A DNA stretch of 64,000 bases from Octopus vulgaris (lineage: Eukaryota), in the NCBI GenBank assembly GCA_951406725.2, contig OX597823.1, forward strand, positions 84,258,001 through 84,322,000. Reading direction: 5' to 3'. Of this stretch, positions 1 to 10,380 are shown piece by piece (within the stretch, counting starts at the first letter, position 1; every line of letters starts with the position of its first letter). A program made the translations under genes and the position numbers. The notes under the pieces are model-generated. The model was not told where the DNA came from and did no database searches. It saw nothing but the letters and a program-made list of their open reading frames with translations.

Positions 1-18
1 ACGTGTGTATATGTGTGC

Positions 19-56
<38 letters not shown>

Positions 57-639
57 TTACATACACACACACATTGTCAATTATACTTTCTATATTGTTT
101 TATACTTGGTTTGATCTCACCTATTGTTTATTGTTCTTAATAAGCTTCATCTCACTTCAATCCATTAACATTTCTTTCTGTTTTTTTGTTTGTGAAGTTT
201 GTGAAGATTAATTTAACCAGCTTGTTAAAAAAAATATTTTTGTTGTTCTCTGCACGACAGTTCGTGTGACACCAGTTTCATGTCCACGTACTCCGCACAA
301 TGGCTTCTGTGCATGCTTTCTAAACGACGACAATGGAACTGAAATTTTATAACTAGATTCAACTTGTCAAAAAACCATGCTTCATTGAGTCCATGATTGA
401 TTGATTTGTAGTTATCTGTCCCTATCTTGTCTGTGTGTGTTCTGTTTGTGTCGCTGGTCCTTGTCTTTTCCTACTCCCGTCCTTTCAGTCGAGGATCTAT
501 TGACAGGCTCCATTGTTTTCTCACTTTGCAGATGGCACAGGTGTTATTAACATATTCACGTAGTTTTATCATGCTTCTTGTTTTTCCGCGTTAACCATCA
601 TAATTCTTTCTGTATTGTTTATGCTTACAAACACACAAC

Positions 640-706
640 AGGATGATTCAAACACTCTCACTCACTCACACGCACACACAAGGATGATTCAAGCACATAC
701 CAAATG

Positions 707-761
<55 letters not shown>

Positions 762-1150
762 CTCTCTCTGTCACACACACACACACACATAGCATTTCTT
801 TCTTCCTCTCACACACACACACATAGCAATTCTCTTTCCCTCACACACACACACACGTACTGATTCTCCACACACACACTTCAATTCGCCAAACATACAC
901 AGTGATTCTCTCTCTCTCTCTCACACACACATAACAATTCTCTCTCTCTCTTTCACACACACACACATAGCAATTCTTTTTCCCTCACACACACACACAC
1001 ACTGATTCACCACACGTACACAGTGATTCTCTCTCTCCTTCTCACATACACACAGTACATCTCTTTCTCACACACACAATCAAGGTGATTTGTACACGCA
1101 CACATACACGGTGATTCATGTTCATTCACACACACACACACACACACTCT
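640..1150. repeat. Compound (CT)n/(CA)n minisatellite-like array
   Basis: Repeating units of the form gattc(tc)n(ac)n / tagcaattc. Confidence 0.85.
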
Positions 1151-1520
1151 CTGGGTGTTTGTCCTCCACCATCACTTGTTAGTTTGTTTCCATCTCTCTA
1201 ACCTAGTGGTCCAACAAAAGAGACCAATAAAATAAGTACCTGGCTGAAATAATAAGCGCTGGGGCCAATTTGTTTGACTAAACACTTCACTGACTAAAAC
1301 GAGTAAAAGTTTTGAGGTGTACATTATTTGTGGGTTAACAAAGCTACCAGTGAGTTCATGTATAAAGATTCTAGATATGAAACTATTGGTAACCTTGTTA
1401 ACCTGCAAATAAACGAGTATTTATACCTAAATGCAGTATTGAGCTTTCAGTCTCACTGTTCGATATTAGCATGTGTGTGTTTGTTTGTGTGTCTTCACAC
1501 ACATGCACGCACATACTCTT

Positions 1521-1554
<34 letters not shown>

Positions 1555-2323
1555 GGGTGGTTGGTGTTAGGAAGGGCAACCAGCTGTAAAAACCCTGTCG
1601 ATACAAACTGTGAAATTTGGTGCAGTCTCCTGTCCAGCCAGCCCCTGTCAAACCATCCAACCCATTCCAGCATGGCAAACAGACATTAAATGATGACGAT
1701 GATGATGATATATAATAATGGGAAATAAATGATCTTTTGAATACATTTAATACATACATTTCAGACCATTATGCAATGGACAGAAATGAAGTAATCTGTT
1801 ACACATCATCTTCCTCAGTTAAAACATGTTTTTGTATGCATGCGTGTACATTCATTTGTTTTGTGTTTCTGTCTGTTAATTTTTATCATATTAATATTTC
1901 AATATGCCTTTCCTGTCACTAACCCTTAATAAGGGTTCTCTTATTTCATGTATTGGGAAACGTGAAGTGAGCAGATTATTTGTTGACAGGCTCATGACAT
2001 CCACAAATGTGGACAAATACATGCTTGCTTGTGTGTGTGTGTGTGTGTGAGAGAGTTTACCGCTTTAGCTTTGAGATTTTCTCTGTCAAATGTAATGCTT
2101 ATTGTTCAGAATCAGTCCTGCATCATCTTGTAGTTTCGAGATTCTGATGATGTTGTTGTTTATTCTTAGAATGACATTGCAGGGTAGGAGTGAAAGGCTG
2201 GATCTGGTCAGTTTGAATATAAAACAAGAAGACTATTAAAGGCCGGATATGGCCAATTTAAACATGCCGTTAAGATAACTTATGATGTATAAACTGATTG
2301 TTTGAAACTTTCTTTTATTTCAG

Positions 2324-2427
2324 ATTGTACGAACAGATTTGCAAGAGCTGTATGATCTAGACTTGGGTGGGGCACCATATGGTTATACGCCATTCTGTAG
2401 TAGCCGGACCGAAATGGACGGCTTCAG
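2324..2427 (+). CDS. UGGT: UGGT internal exon (GT24 catalytic domain), [34 protein letters not shown](R)
   Basis: tttattttcag-type acceptor ending 2323 and AG|gtcagt donor; 104 nt. Translation matches the conserved UGGT segment that follows the DADQ motif (APYGYTPFC). Not in the ORF track because it is short. Confidence 0.96.
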
Positions 2428-3082
2428 GTCAGTATCTTTCCATTTTGGTTCTACATGACTAGTAATTCTAATATTCTTATGATAATTGCTGCTACAGTAA
2501 TCCCTCGACTACTGTGGGTGTTACGTTCCAAGACATGCCTAAAACTGCCCATAGTTCTTTGATGCAAATTCCCTGTTTTAAGGAAATCTAAGTTAATACC
2601 TTCAACCAAAATTTCTTGGTTTATAGTCTTGCTAAATAACAACAAAGTTATTTCATTAAATTCTTTACTTCCAAAATTAATTGAAATAAAAGCAGTGAAA
2701 CTGAATAAAAAAAAACATTAAAATATAATTTTAATACATGTAGCATGAGCTGTGTGAAACCTAGGCATTCATAGAGCTTTGGTTGGCCTAATGCTGTAGT
2801 AGCAGATACTCATCCAGTTATTTTTCTGTTTGCCAGAGACAAGAACAGTATGTTTTCACATCATCTTAATTATCACAGCTTTCAAATAAATAACTATAAA
2901 GTTATCTACATTATATATGTTTCAAGTATTCAGATTTACTGTGTGTTTTAGGTGAATGTATAGTATTTAAAGGTGAAATGTAAGCCTACTCAGTCACCTG
3001 TTAATTACTAGTTTCTTTATTTCATTCCTCTTTTCATGTTACAAATGAAAATGTCCTAAAACCTATGTATCTATCATTTCAG

Positions 3083-3139
3083 ATTCTGGAAATCAGGATA
3101 TTGGGCAAGTCACTTAGGTGGCCGTAAATATCATATCAG
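3083..3139 (+). CDS. UGGT: UGGT internal exon, (R)FWKSGYWASHLGGRKYHI(S)
   Basis: catttcag acceptor and AG|gtaaag donor; 57 nt; phase 2/2 fits both neighbours; canonical UGGT FWKxGYW...YHIS motif. Confidence 0.96.
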
Positions 3140-3380
3140 GTAAAGTGTCTGAAAATTTCTTGTCCTTTTTTACCTTTTTATTTTTACTTCATCATCATTC
3201 TTCCACATTAAAAGCCTGCCATCAAAATTCCATGTTAATTTATGTTCCAAACACTAGATTAATAATAACAAAGTTATTTTACTAAATACTTCATTATTTT
3301 CAAAATTAATTGTTGAAACAAAGGCGAAGTGTTTCAACAGAAATATGGTAACAAAACGGTTCACCAAGAAATAATTGCTG

Positions 3381-3608
3381 TTAACCCTTTCGTTACCAAA
3401 CCGGCTGAAACCGGCTCTGGCTCTGAGTACAAATGTCTTGTTTTCATAAGTTTTGAATTAAAATCTTCCATCAAACCTTAGTCACAATTTATGTTCCTAA
3501 CACTAGCTGAATGATAACTAAGTTATTTTACTACATTCTTTGTTATATTTAAAGTAATTGAAAGAAACACAGAGCATCTCAAAATAAATACAGTAACGAA
3601 AGGTTTAA
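3381..3608. mobile_element. piggyBac-like MITE (~220 bp), TTAA-flanked
   Basis: TTAA-CCCTTTCGTTAC ... GTAACGAAAGGT-TTAA termini. Related copies at ~2560-2720, 3210-3362, 32190-32651 and 44110-44330. Confidence 0.85.
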
Positions 3609-3939
3609 ACTAAAAGCCCTAACTAGTGTAAACTTAAAATGTTAATTGTAACCATTCTGCTTGAGTGTGTTATTTCTGTTTGCTACAGGAAATTTGCAGT
3701 CTTAAGTTACAGCTCTTTTTTGCCAATGATACTCTCCATGCAGATTATTCACATAGAGCATGTTTAATTGCGTGTCTTAAAAATCTACCCCACTCTTGTT
3801 TCCTTCACTTTTACTACTGTGGTGTAGTTCTTCCCTTTGTCATCAAGAAGCAGTACCATTTTCTTGTATGTAAACATTTCTTTGTTTGCAAAGACTTTTG
3901 GTCAGCAAGTGAATAAGTAAAGAAAATGTAATAGTTATG

Positions 3940-4202
3940 GGTTGGCACCTGTGCTAGTGGCATGTGTAAAAAGATTCGAGCGAGGTTGTTGCCAGTACCA
4001 CCTGACTGGCCCCCGTGCTGGTGGCATGTAAAAAGCACCCACTGCACTCTCGGAGTGGTTGGCGTTAGGAAGGGCATCCAGCTGTAGAAACTCTGCCAGA
4101 TCAAGATTGGAGCATGGTGCAGCCATCTGGTTCTCAGCCCTCAGTCAAAATCGTCAAACCCATGCTAGCATGGAAGGCGGACGTTAAATGATGATTATGA
4201 TG
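3940..4202 (+). mobile_element. SINE/LINE-tail family C with (GAT)n tail
   Basis: gttggcgttaggaagggcatccagctgtagaaac...catgctagcatggaa...cgttaaatgatga. Further copies at ~1555-1710, 11450-11640, 16000-16135, 28000-28290, 28290-28440(-), 43055-43330(-), 52900-53080, 59955-60112(-) and 60477-60610(-). Confidence 0.8.
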
Positions 4203-4722
4203 TACAGGAATCTCATTTCATAACCACATCACTGCATGGAGACACTAAAAGAATTGTATTAAAAGATGTGTTTACAACTTGCTCAAATCACATACTTTTT
4301 CATCAGTGCCAAAGTTTCTAATGAGAAAGACACTCCCATAATCCTTGTAATCTAAAACCTTATATGCTTGCATCTATCCTAAACAGTTTAAATTGCCTTC
4401 TCCTTGAGAATAGGGAATTTCCTTGAAACGCCAGTACTCACATCTTTCCACCAGTGGTATAGTGAAAGAGTAGCACCCAGGATAGCCGATGACCTTGCCC
4501 CTCCACCCTCGTCCCACCACCCTAGCCTATAGAGCTTTATGCAGCAGGTCCAAAAGTATTTCCCCTATAAAAGCATCACTGGAGGGGGACTGACTCCTTC
4601 CACTTCCACACTACTGTTTTCCACAGCGTGTTTCTTGTTATATATTTTTTTTATTTATTTCTCAAAGATCATGAAACTTTTATTTTATTATTATTGTTGT
4701 TGTTCTTCTTCTTCTACCACAG

Positions 4723-4954
4723 TGCCCTCTATGTTGTTGATTTGAAAAAATTCCGTCGGATAGCAGCTGGAGATCGTTTGAGAGGCCAGTACCAAGGTTT
4801 GAGCCAAGATCCAAACAGCCTTGCCAATTTAGATCAAGATCTGCCTAACAACATGATCCACCAAGTGGCTATCAAATCATTACCTCAGGAATGGCTCTGG
4901 TGTGAGACTTGGTGCAGCACAAAAGAGTTGAAAAATGCAAAGACTATTGATTTG
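4723..4954 (+). CDS. UGGT: UGGT internal exon, (S)[77 protein letters not shown]
   Basis: Lies within ORF 4628..4966; ctaccacag acceptor and TTG|gtgagt donor; 232 nt; hallmark UGGT motifs DQDLPN and WLWCETWC. Confidence 0.98.
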
Positions 4955-5007
4955 GTGAGTAATTAAGAGCTTGTATAGTTTTTTTTTGTTTTTTTTTTTT
5001 TTGCAAC

Positions 5008-5420
5008 ACTTTTACTCTTTTACTCGTTTCAGTCATTTGACTTTGGCCATGCCTGGAGCACCGCCTTTAGTCGAGCAAATCGACCCCAGGGCTTATTCTT
5101 TGTAAGCCTAATGCTTATTCTATCGGTCCCTTTTGCCGATCCACTAAGTTACGGGGATGTAAACACACTAGCATCGGTTGTCAAGCAATGTTGGGGGACA
5201 AACACAGACACACAAACACACACACATACACACACACACATATATACATATATATGATGGGCTTCTTTCAGTTTCCGTCTACCAGATCCACTCACAAGGC
5301 TTTGGTCAGCTCGAGGCTATAGTAGAAGACACTTGTCCAAGGTGCCACACAGTGGGACTGAACCCAGAACCATGTGGTTGGTAAGCAAGCTACTTACCAC
5401 ACAGCCACTCCTGCACCTAT
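5008..5420 (-). mobile_element. tRNA-derived SINE family A, full length
   Basis: Reverse complement has head ggtgcaggagtggctgtgtggtaag...gggttcagtccc (A/B-box-like), a central TA/TG microsatellite and tail ...gactgaaacgagtaaaagagtaaaa. Other copies at ~5515-5690, 5780-6215, 9450-9765(-), 10385-10795(-), 10822-11200, 22128-22500, 31505-31740, 34620-34800(-), 42835-42985(-) and 45447-45800(-). Confidence 0.88.
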
Positions 5421-6355
5421 TTTTATAATTTCTTTTTATCATGAACCCCTGGATATTACTGTCTCAAGTCCCAGGACTCATTGGATAGGTTACTTGGGTT
5501 CCATGGCATATAAAGTGCAAGTGTGGCTGGTGTGGTAAGTTTGCTCCACCAACCACATGGTTCTGGGTTCAGTCCCACTGTGTGGCACCATGCACAAGTG
5601 TCTTCTACTATAGTCCCAGGTAGACCAAAGCCTTGTGAGTGGATTTGGTAGGTGGAAACTGAAAGAATCCTATCGTATATATGTATGTGTGAAGGGAAGC
5701 TATATGACTATTCATATTTTAGAAGAGAGGGGGTTTAGGGTGGAGCTAAAAATCGGTGTCTGTGTGTATCTACCTATCCATACAGGCGTGGTCGTGTAGG
5801 AAGAAGCTTGCTTCCCAACCACATGGTTCTGTGTTCAGTCACACTGCATGGTGCCTTGGGCAAGTGTCTTCTACTATAGCTTCAGGCCAACAAAAGCCTT
5901 GTGAGTAGATTTGGTAGATGGAAACTGAAAGAATCCTATCGTATGTGTATGTGTGTGTTTTTGTATTTGTGTGTGTGTATTTGTGTATATGCCTGTGTCT
6001 CCTTGTCTTGACATTGTGTGATAGTTGTAAATGATTCTCACTGTCACACAAGCAGTGTTGTTCCTTTCCAATATTCTGTGAGAGTTTGCGGGGAAATATT
6101 ACCTTACATGGAGACAGGCGAGGGTTGTTGACAGGAAGGGCATCCTGCTGTAGAAAATCTGCCTCAAGAAACTCTGTTGACCAATACAAGCATGGTAAAG
6201 TGGACATTACTATGACAACAGTGGTGGCAGCATAAATGGTGGAAAAGGAGGAGTGACTGAGATTACAATATTCCCGTGGGACAGGTTTCCAGTCTCTTGC
6301 AGGTTTATTCATTTACAGCTGAGCGAACTGAAACAGTGTGAAAAAAAATTATATA

Positions 6356-6744
6356 TCTTTATATATAAAAGTAAGGTTGTGTGTCTGTCTCCTACAATTT
6401 AGATTCCTAACTACTCCCACATTTTGTGGTGTAGTTTAACCAAAACCGGGTATCTTATAGTCGTGATTCATATCGAGCCCTTCTGGGTATTAGCGCGCGT
6501 CTACGATGAGTCTACGATTTAAAAAAATATTTACCATCATTTTTTTCCATTTTAATGCATTTTTTCGCTATTATATAAGGGAAGTAACTCTCTAAAAATG
6601 TCTATGATGAGTCAACGATTTAAAAAAAAATTTACCATCATTTATTTTCCATTTTTGATGCATTTTTTTTAGCTATAGCTCTCTAAAAATGCTTATATAG
6701 TTATTTCCCTTACAAACCCAAGCAACGCCGGGCGATACTGCTAG
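6356..6744 (+). mobile_element. Non-autonomous Helitron-type element
   Basis: 5' TC(TTTATATATAAAAG), 3' GC-rich hairpin cccaagcaacgccggg followed by CTAG, inserted between A and T with no TSD; internal ~90-bp tandem duplication. Confidence 0.8.
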
Positions 6745-7349
6745 TTTTGTAATAAAACTGAATAAATAAGATTTTGTCTATTTTACATAAAATATGCAAA
6801 GTAATCATAAGTATGGTATTTTTGCAAGTCACTTATTTTGGGACTGCCAGGAATTCAATCTGGATTCTGCATTTTCTGACGTACAAGTTGGTGGTAAGAA
6901 ATTCTCAAGTGGGTCAATGTGACAGCGTTGATGTTTCACTGTTTCCATGACAACCAACATAATTTTTTTTCAAGTTTGGAAGCTGAGTAAATGGAGAAGA
7001 GATACAGCTAAATGAAATCTCCAAGCAGTTTAAATGCCCAAGTCTCTGATATCGAAGTGGTTAAAAAAAATGTCAGCAGAATGGCACCCAGGAGTCATGA
7101 CCTGAATGTGACCCGCCCCCTTAAAGTGAAAGAAGTCCAGGGCCAAAACACTGGCCTTTGGTGGGCTACTCCTCTGAAGACCTTTAGCTGTTCAACTCCC
7201 CTGAGAGTTTCTTACTATTTCGTAAGAATGCAGTATCAGCTTTCAAACATCTTTACTATTTTTCCAAATCTTGCTTAATTTCGCATAAGCTTTTGGTCCT
7301 CCAAAATCATCTTGATATATAAATTGGATCTTTACCTTTTGACTGACAG

Positions 7350-7690
7350 ATTTAAAAAATAACCTCTTGTAACTAAACACTTTCAAACTTCGGACACTGG
7401 TAGAATGTGTCATATAAAACATCTTTTACTCTTAGCATTTTTGAGAAAAGCTTATATTTAGGAAGTTATTTCACGTTAAATGTGTCGTATTTCAGTAATT
7501 TCAACCAATCAATGACGTGTATTCAGCTGAATAAAATTACTGCCGTTGTTTGTCAACAACAACTATCGGCGGTGTATTTTTTGTTTGTCACTGTTATTTA
7601 TGACATCATACGTGCGTTTTTGCTGGTTTTAGCTTTAAGGTTTTAGGGTTAGGGTGTTAGGGTTAGGATTTTAGGGTTAAGTTTTGATAA
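7350..7690. repeat. Unclassified interspersed repeat ending in degenerate TTAGGG units
   Basis: Similar to 39525-39715 (aactaaacac...caaccaatcaatga...attcagctgaa); ttagggttagggtgttagggttagg at ~7643-7680. Confidence 0.6.
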
Positions 7691-8241
7691 AATAACCTGA
7701 ATGACAAAGAGTTAAACATTACATCATTGACCATCATAATCTAAAATTACATTATTTCATCTGTCCTTCCTCCTCTTTTGAGGGAGATTTGGCTGCTGTT
7801 TCTTGCAGGCTTAGCTCTATAGTGCCTCTTACATTTTCCAGTATTGGCATCGATATACTGCCAGAATTAACAAAGCGTTGCACTAATATTGTAATCTATC
7901 TTTATCTAACTTACTATTACTACTACTATTTCGTCGCCCACCTCTTGACAAAGAATGGAAAATTATATTCTTGCTTCATCGAAACCAGTTATTTTTATTT
8001 ATGGTATGAACATTATTTTACCATTTGCCCTGTAGAATTTGGAATTTGAAAGAAAATAAATAAATTTTTTTTTTTTTTAAAGATATTTTGATGTAATTTT
8101 TGCTGCAAAGTACCTCAAGATAAATTAAAACAAAAGCTGCTAATTGTTAACTCTCTTTTTTATTTTCTCCTGTTTCTTTTAGTTTTTAGAATATTGCATA
8201 TAGAGCTAATTACTTAATGAACTTAATCTATAATGGTATGT

Positions 8242-8293
<52 letters not shown>

Positions 8294-8470
8294 GGAGGGA
8301 GATTAAAGAAAGAAATATAGAGTTTGTTTCGTTGTATTTTCTTGGTTCCTTCTCATTACCAACTTTATATATACACACATGTGTGTGCGTGTATACATAT
8401 ATATATATATACACACATGTGTGTGCGTGTATACATATATATATACACACACACACACACACATACACAC

Positions 8471-8510
<40 letters not shown>

Positions 8511-9169
8511 TTACAGTCTATTGAATTTTTTGCTCTTTCTCAATTCTTGTGTGTGTGTGTACATGTACACACATGCTCAGTGTGTATAATCACTGAATAA
8601 TGTATTTAAGTAATTTACATTCAAAATCCTGACTGACTTATGGGACACATCTCGGATGTGCGTGTGTGCGTGTGTTTGGAGATATATATTTATATATATG
8701 TGTGTGTGTGTGAATGTATGTATGTATGTGTATATGTGTGTGTGTATGTGGATATATATATATATATAATAAACACACGCACACAGATTTGCATAAATGC
8801 ATGCACTGATACACCTTGTACAAAATTAAACATACGTGTTCACATAGGTCTGTTTCACTTTGTTCTTCTGTAACCATTTACACATACACGCATAGAAAAG
8901 TTACAGTAAAATGCCTTTAAGGGTGTTTTTAAAATTCATTTAATGTTTCAATTGTTTTTAGCTCAATGGCTGTAATTGAAACGAAATAATAGAATCGTCT
9001 AGTTTTGCCAAACGTAGAAATCTCAATTGCCAGGTGTACTTATTATCCTTTCAAGACTTCCATGCAATTTACCATTCTTCAGTTCTCTCTTCTATTAACA
9101 GTTGTCAAGCCTTTCTCTTGTCTACTTTTGAAGAATGATCATGTTTTGGTTTTTTTTTTTAATTTTAAA

Positions 9170-9201
<32 letters not shown>

Positions 9202-9204
9202 GAT

Positions 9205-10380
9205 GTGCCAAGCTGGCAGAATTGTTAGCGCACCAGGCAAAATGCTTAGCGGCGTTTTGTCTGTCTTGACATTCTGAGTTCAAATTCTGTCAAGGTCAGT
9301 TTTGCCTTTCAGGCTTTCGGGGTTGATAAAATAAATACCAGCTTAGTATTTGGGTTGATGTAAATGATTTACCCCTTCCCCTAAAATTTCAGGCCTTGTG
9401 CCTGTAGTAGAAAGGATTATTATTGTCTTCATTACTCTCTCTATCTCTCTCTTTTACTCTTTTGCTTGATTCAATCATTTGACTGTGGCCATGCTGGAGT
9501 ACCACCTTTAGTCGAGCAAATTGACCCCAAGACTTATTCTTTGTAAGCCTAGTACTTATTCTATTGGTCTATTTTGCCAAACCGCTAGATGAATGGGATG
9601 TAAACACACCAGCATCGGTTATCAAGCGATGTTGCGGGGACAAACACACACACACATATATATATACACAATGGGCTTCTTTCAGTTTCCATGTACCAAA
9701 TCCACTCACAAGGCTTTGGTTGGCTCGAGGCTATAGTAGAAGACACTTGTCTAAGGTGCCACACACTATTATTTTTTTTATTATTTATCATTACTATTAT
9801 TTTTATTATTATTATTATTATTATCAAGGTGGTGAGCTCACAGTATCATTAACATGCCAAGCAAAATGCTTAGCGGCATTTTGTCTGACCTTATGTTCTG
9901 AGTTCAAATCATGCTGAGGTCGGCTTCACCTTTCACTCATTTCAAAGTCAGTAAAATAAGCAACAGTAAAGCACTGTGGTTGATATATCTGACTTACAAG
10001 CTCCCTTGAAATTGCTGGCCTTGTGCCAAAATTTGAAATCACCATCATCATCTTTATAATTATCAGAATTGTTAGCATACCGGGTGAAATGCTTTGCAGT
10101 ATTTCAACTTCCGTTATGTTCTGAGTTCAAATTCTTCTGAGGTCGACTTTACCTTTCATCCTTTCTTGGGTCACTAAAATAAAGTACCAGTCGAACACTG
10201 GGGTTCCATGTAATCGACTTAAAAACCCTTCTCTTAAAATTGTTGGCCTTGTGTCAAAACAGGTAGAATATTTGGACTGGATATGGCTGGTTTAAATGCT
10301 AAAAGGTTAAGGGTTAATGTAACCCACTTACCTCCTTCCCCTAAAATCGCTAGCCTTGTGCCAAAATTTGGAACTATTAT
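9205..10380 (+). mobile_element. Cluster of SINE family B copies (Nin/Deu-domain-like core) with an interleaved family A copy
   Basis: Repeated gagctggcagaa...ttctgagttcaaat...tttgcctttcatcctttcggggtcgataaaataagtaccag...ggccttgtgcc...(ATT)n. Other copies at ~13075-13195, 13325-13770, 14310-14480, 15575-15737(-), 30025-30230, 39090-39300(-) and 46240-46448(-). Confidence 0.8.

Noticed and set aside
7643-7680. Interstitial telomere (also ~59548-59567)
   Set aside because: Only a few degenerate TTAGGG units embedded in dispersed repeats.
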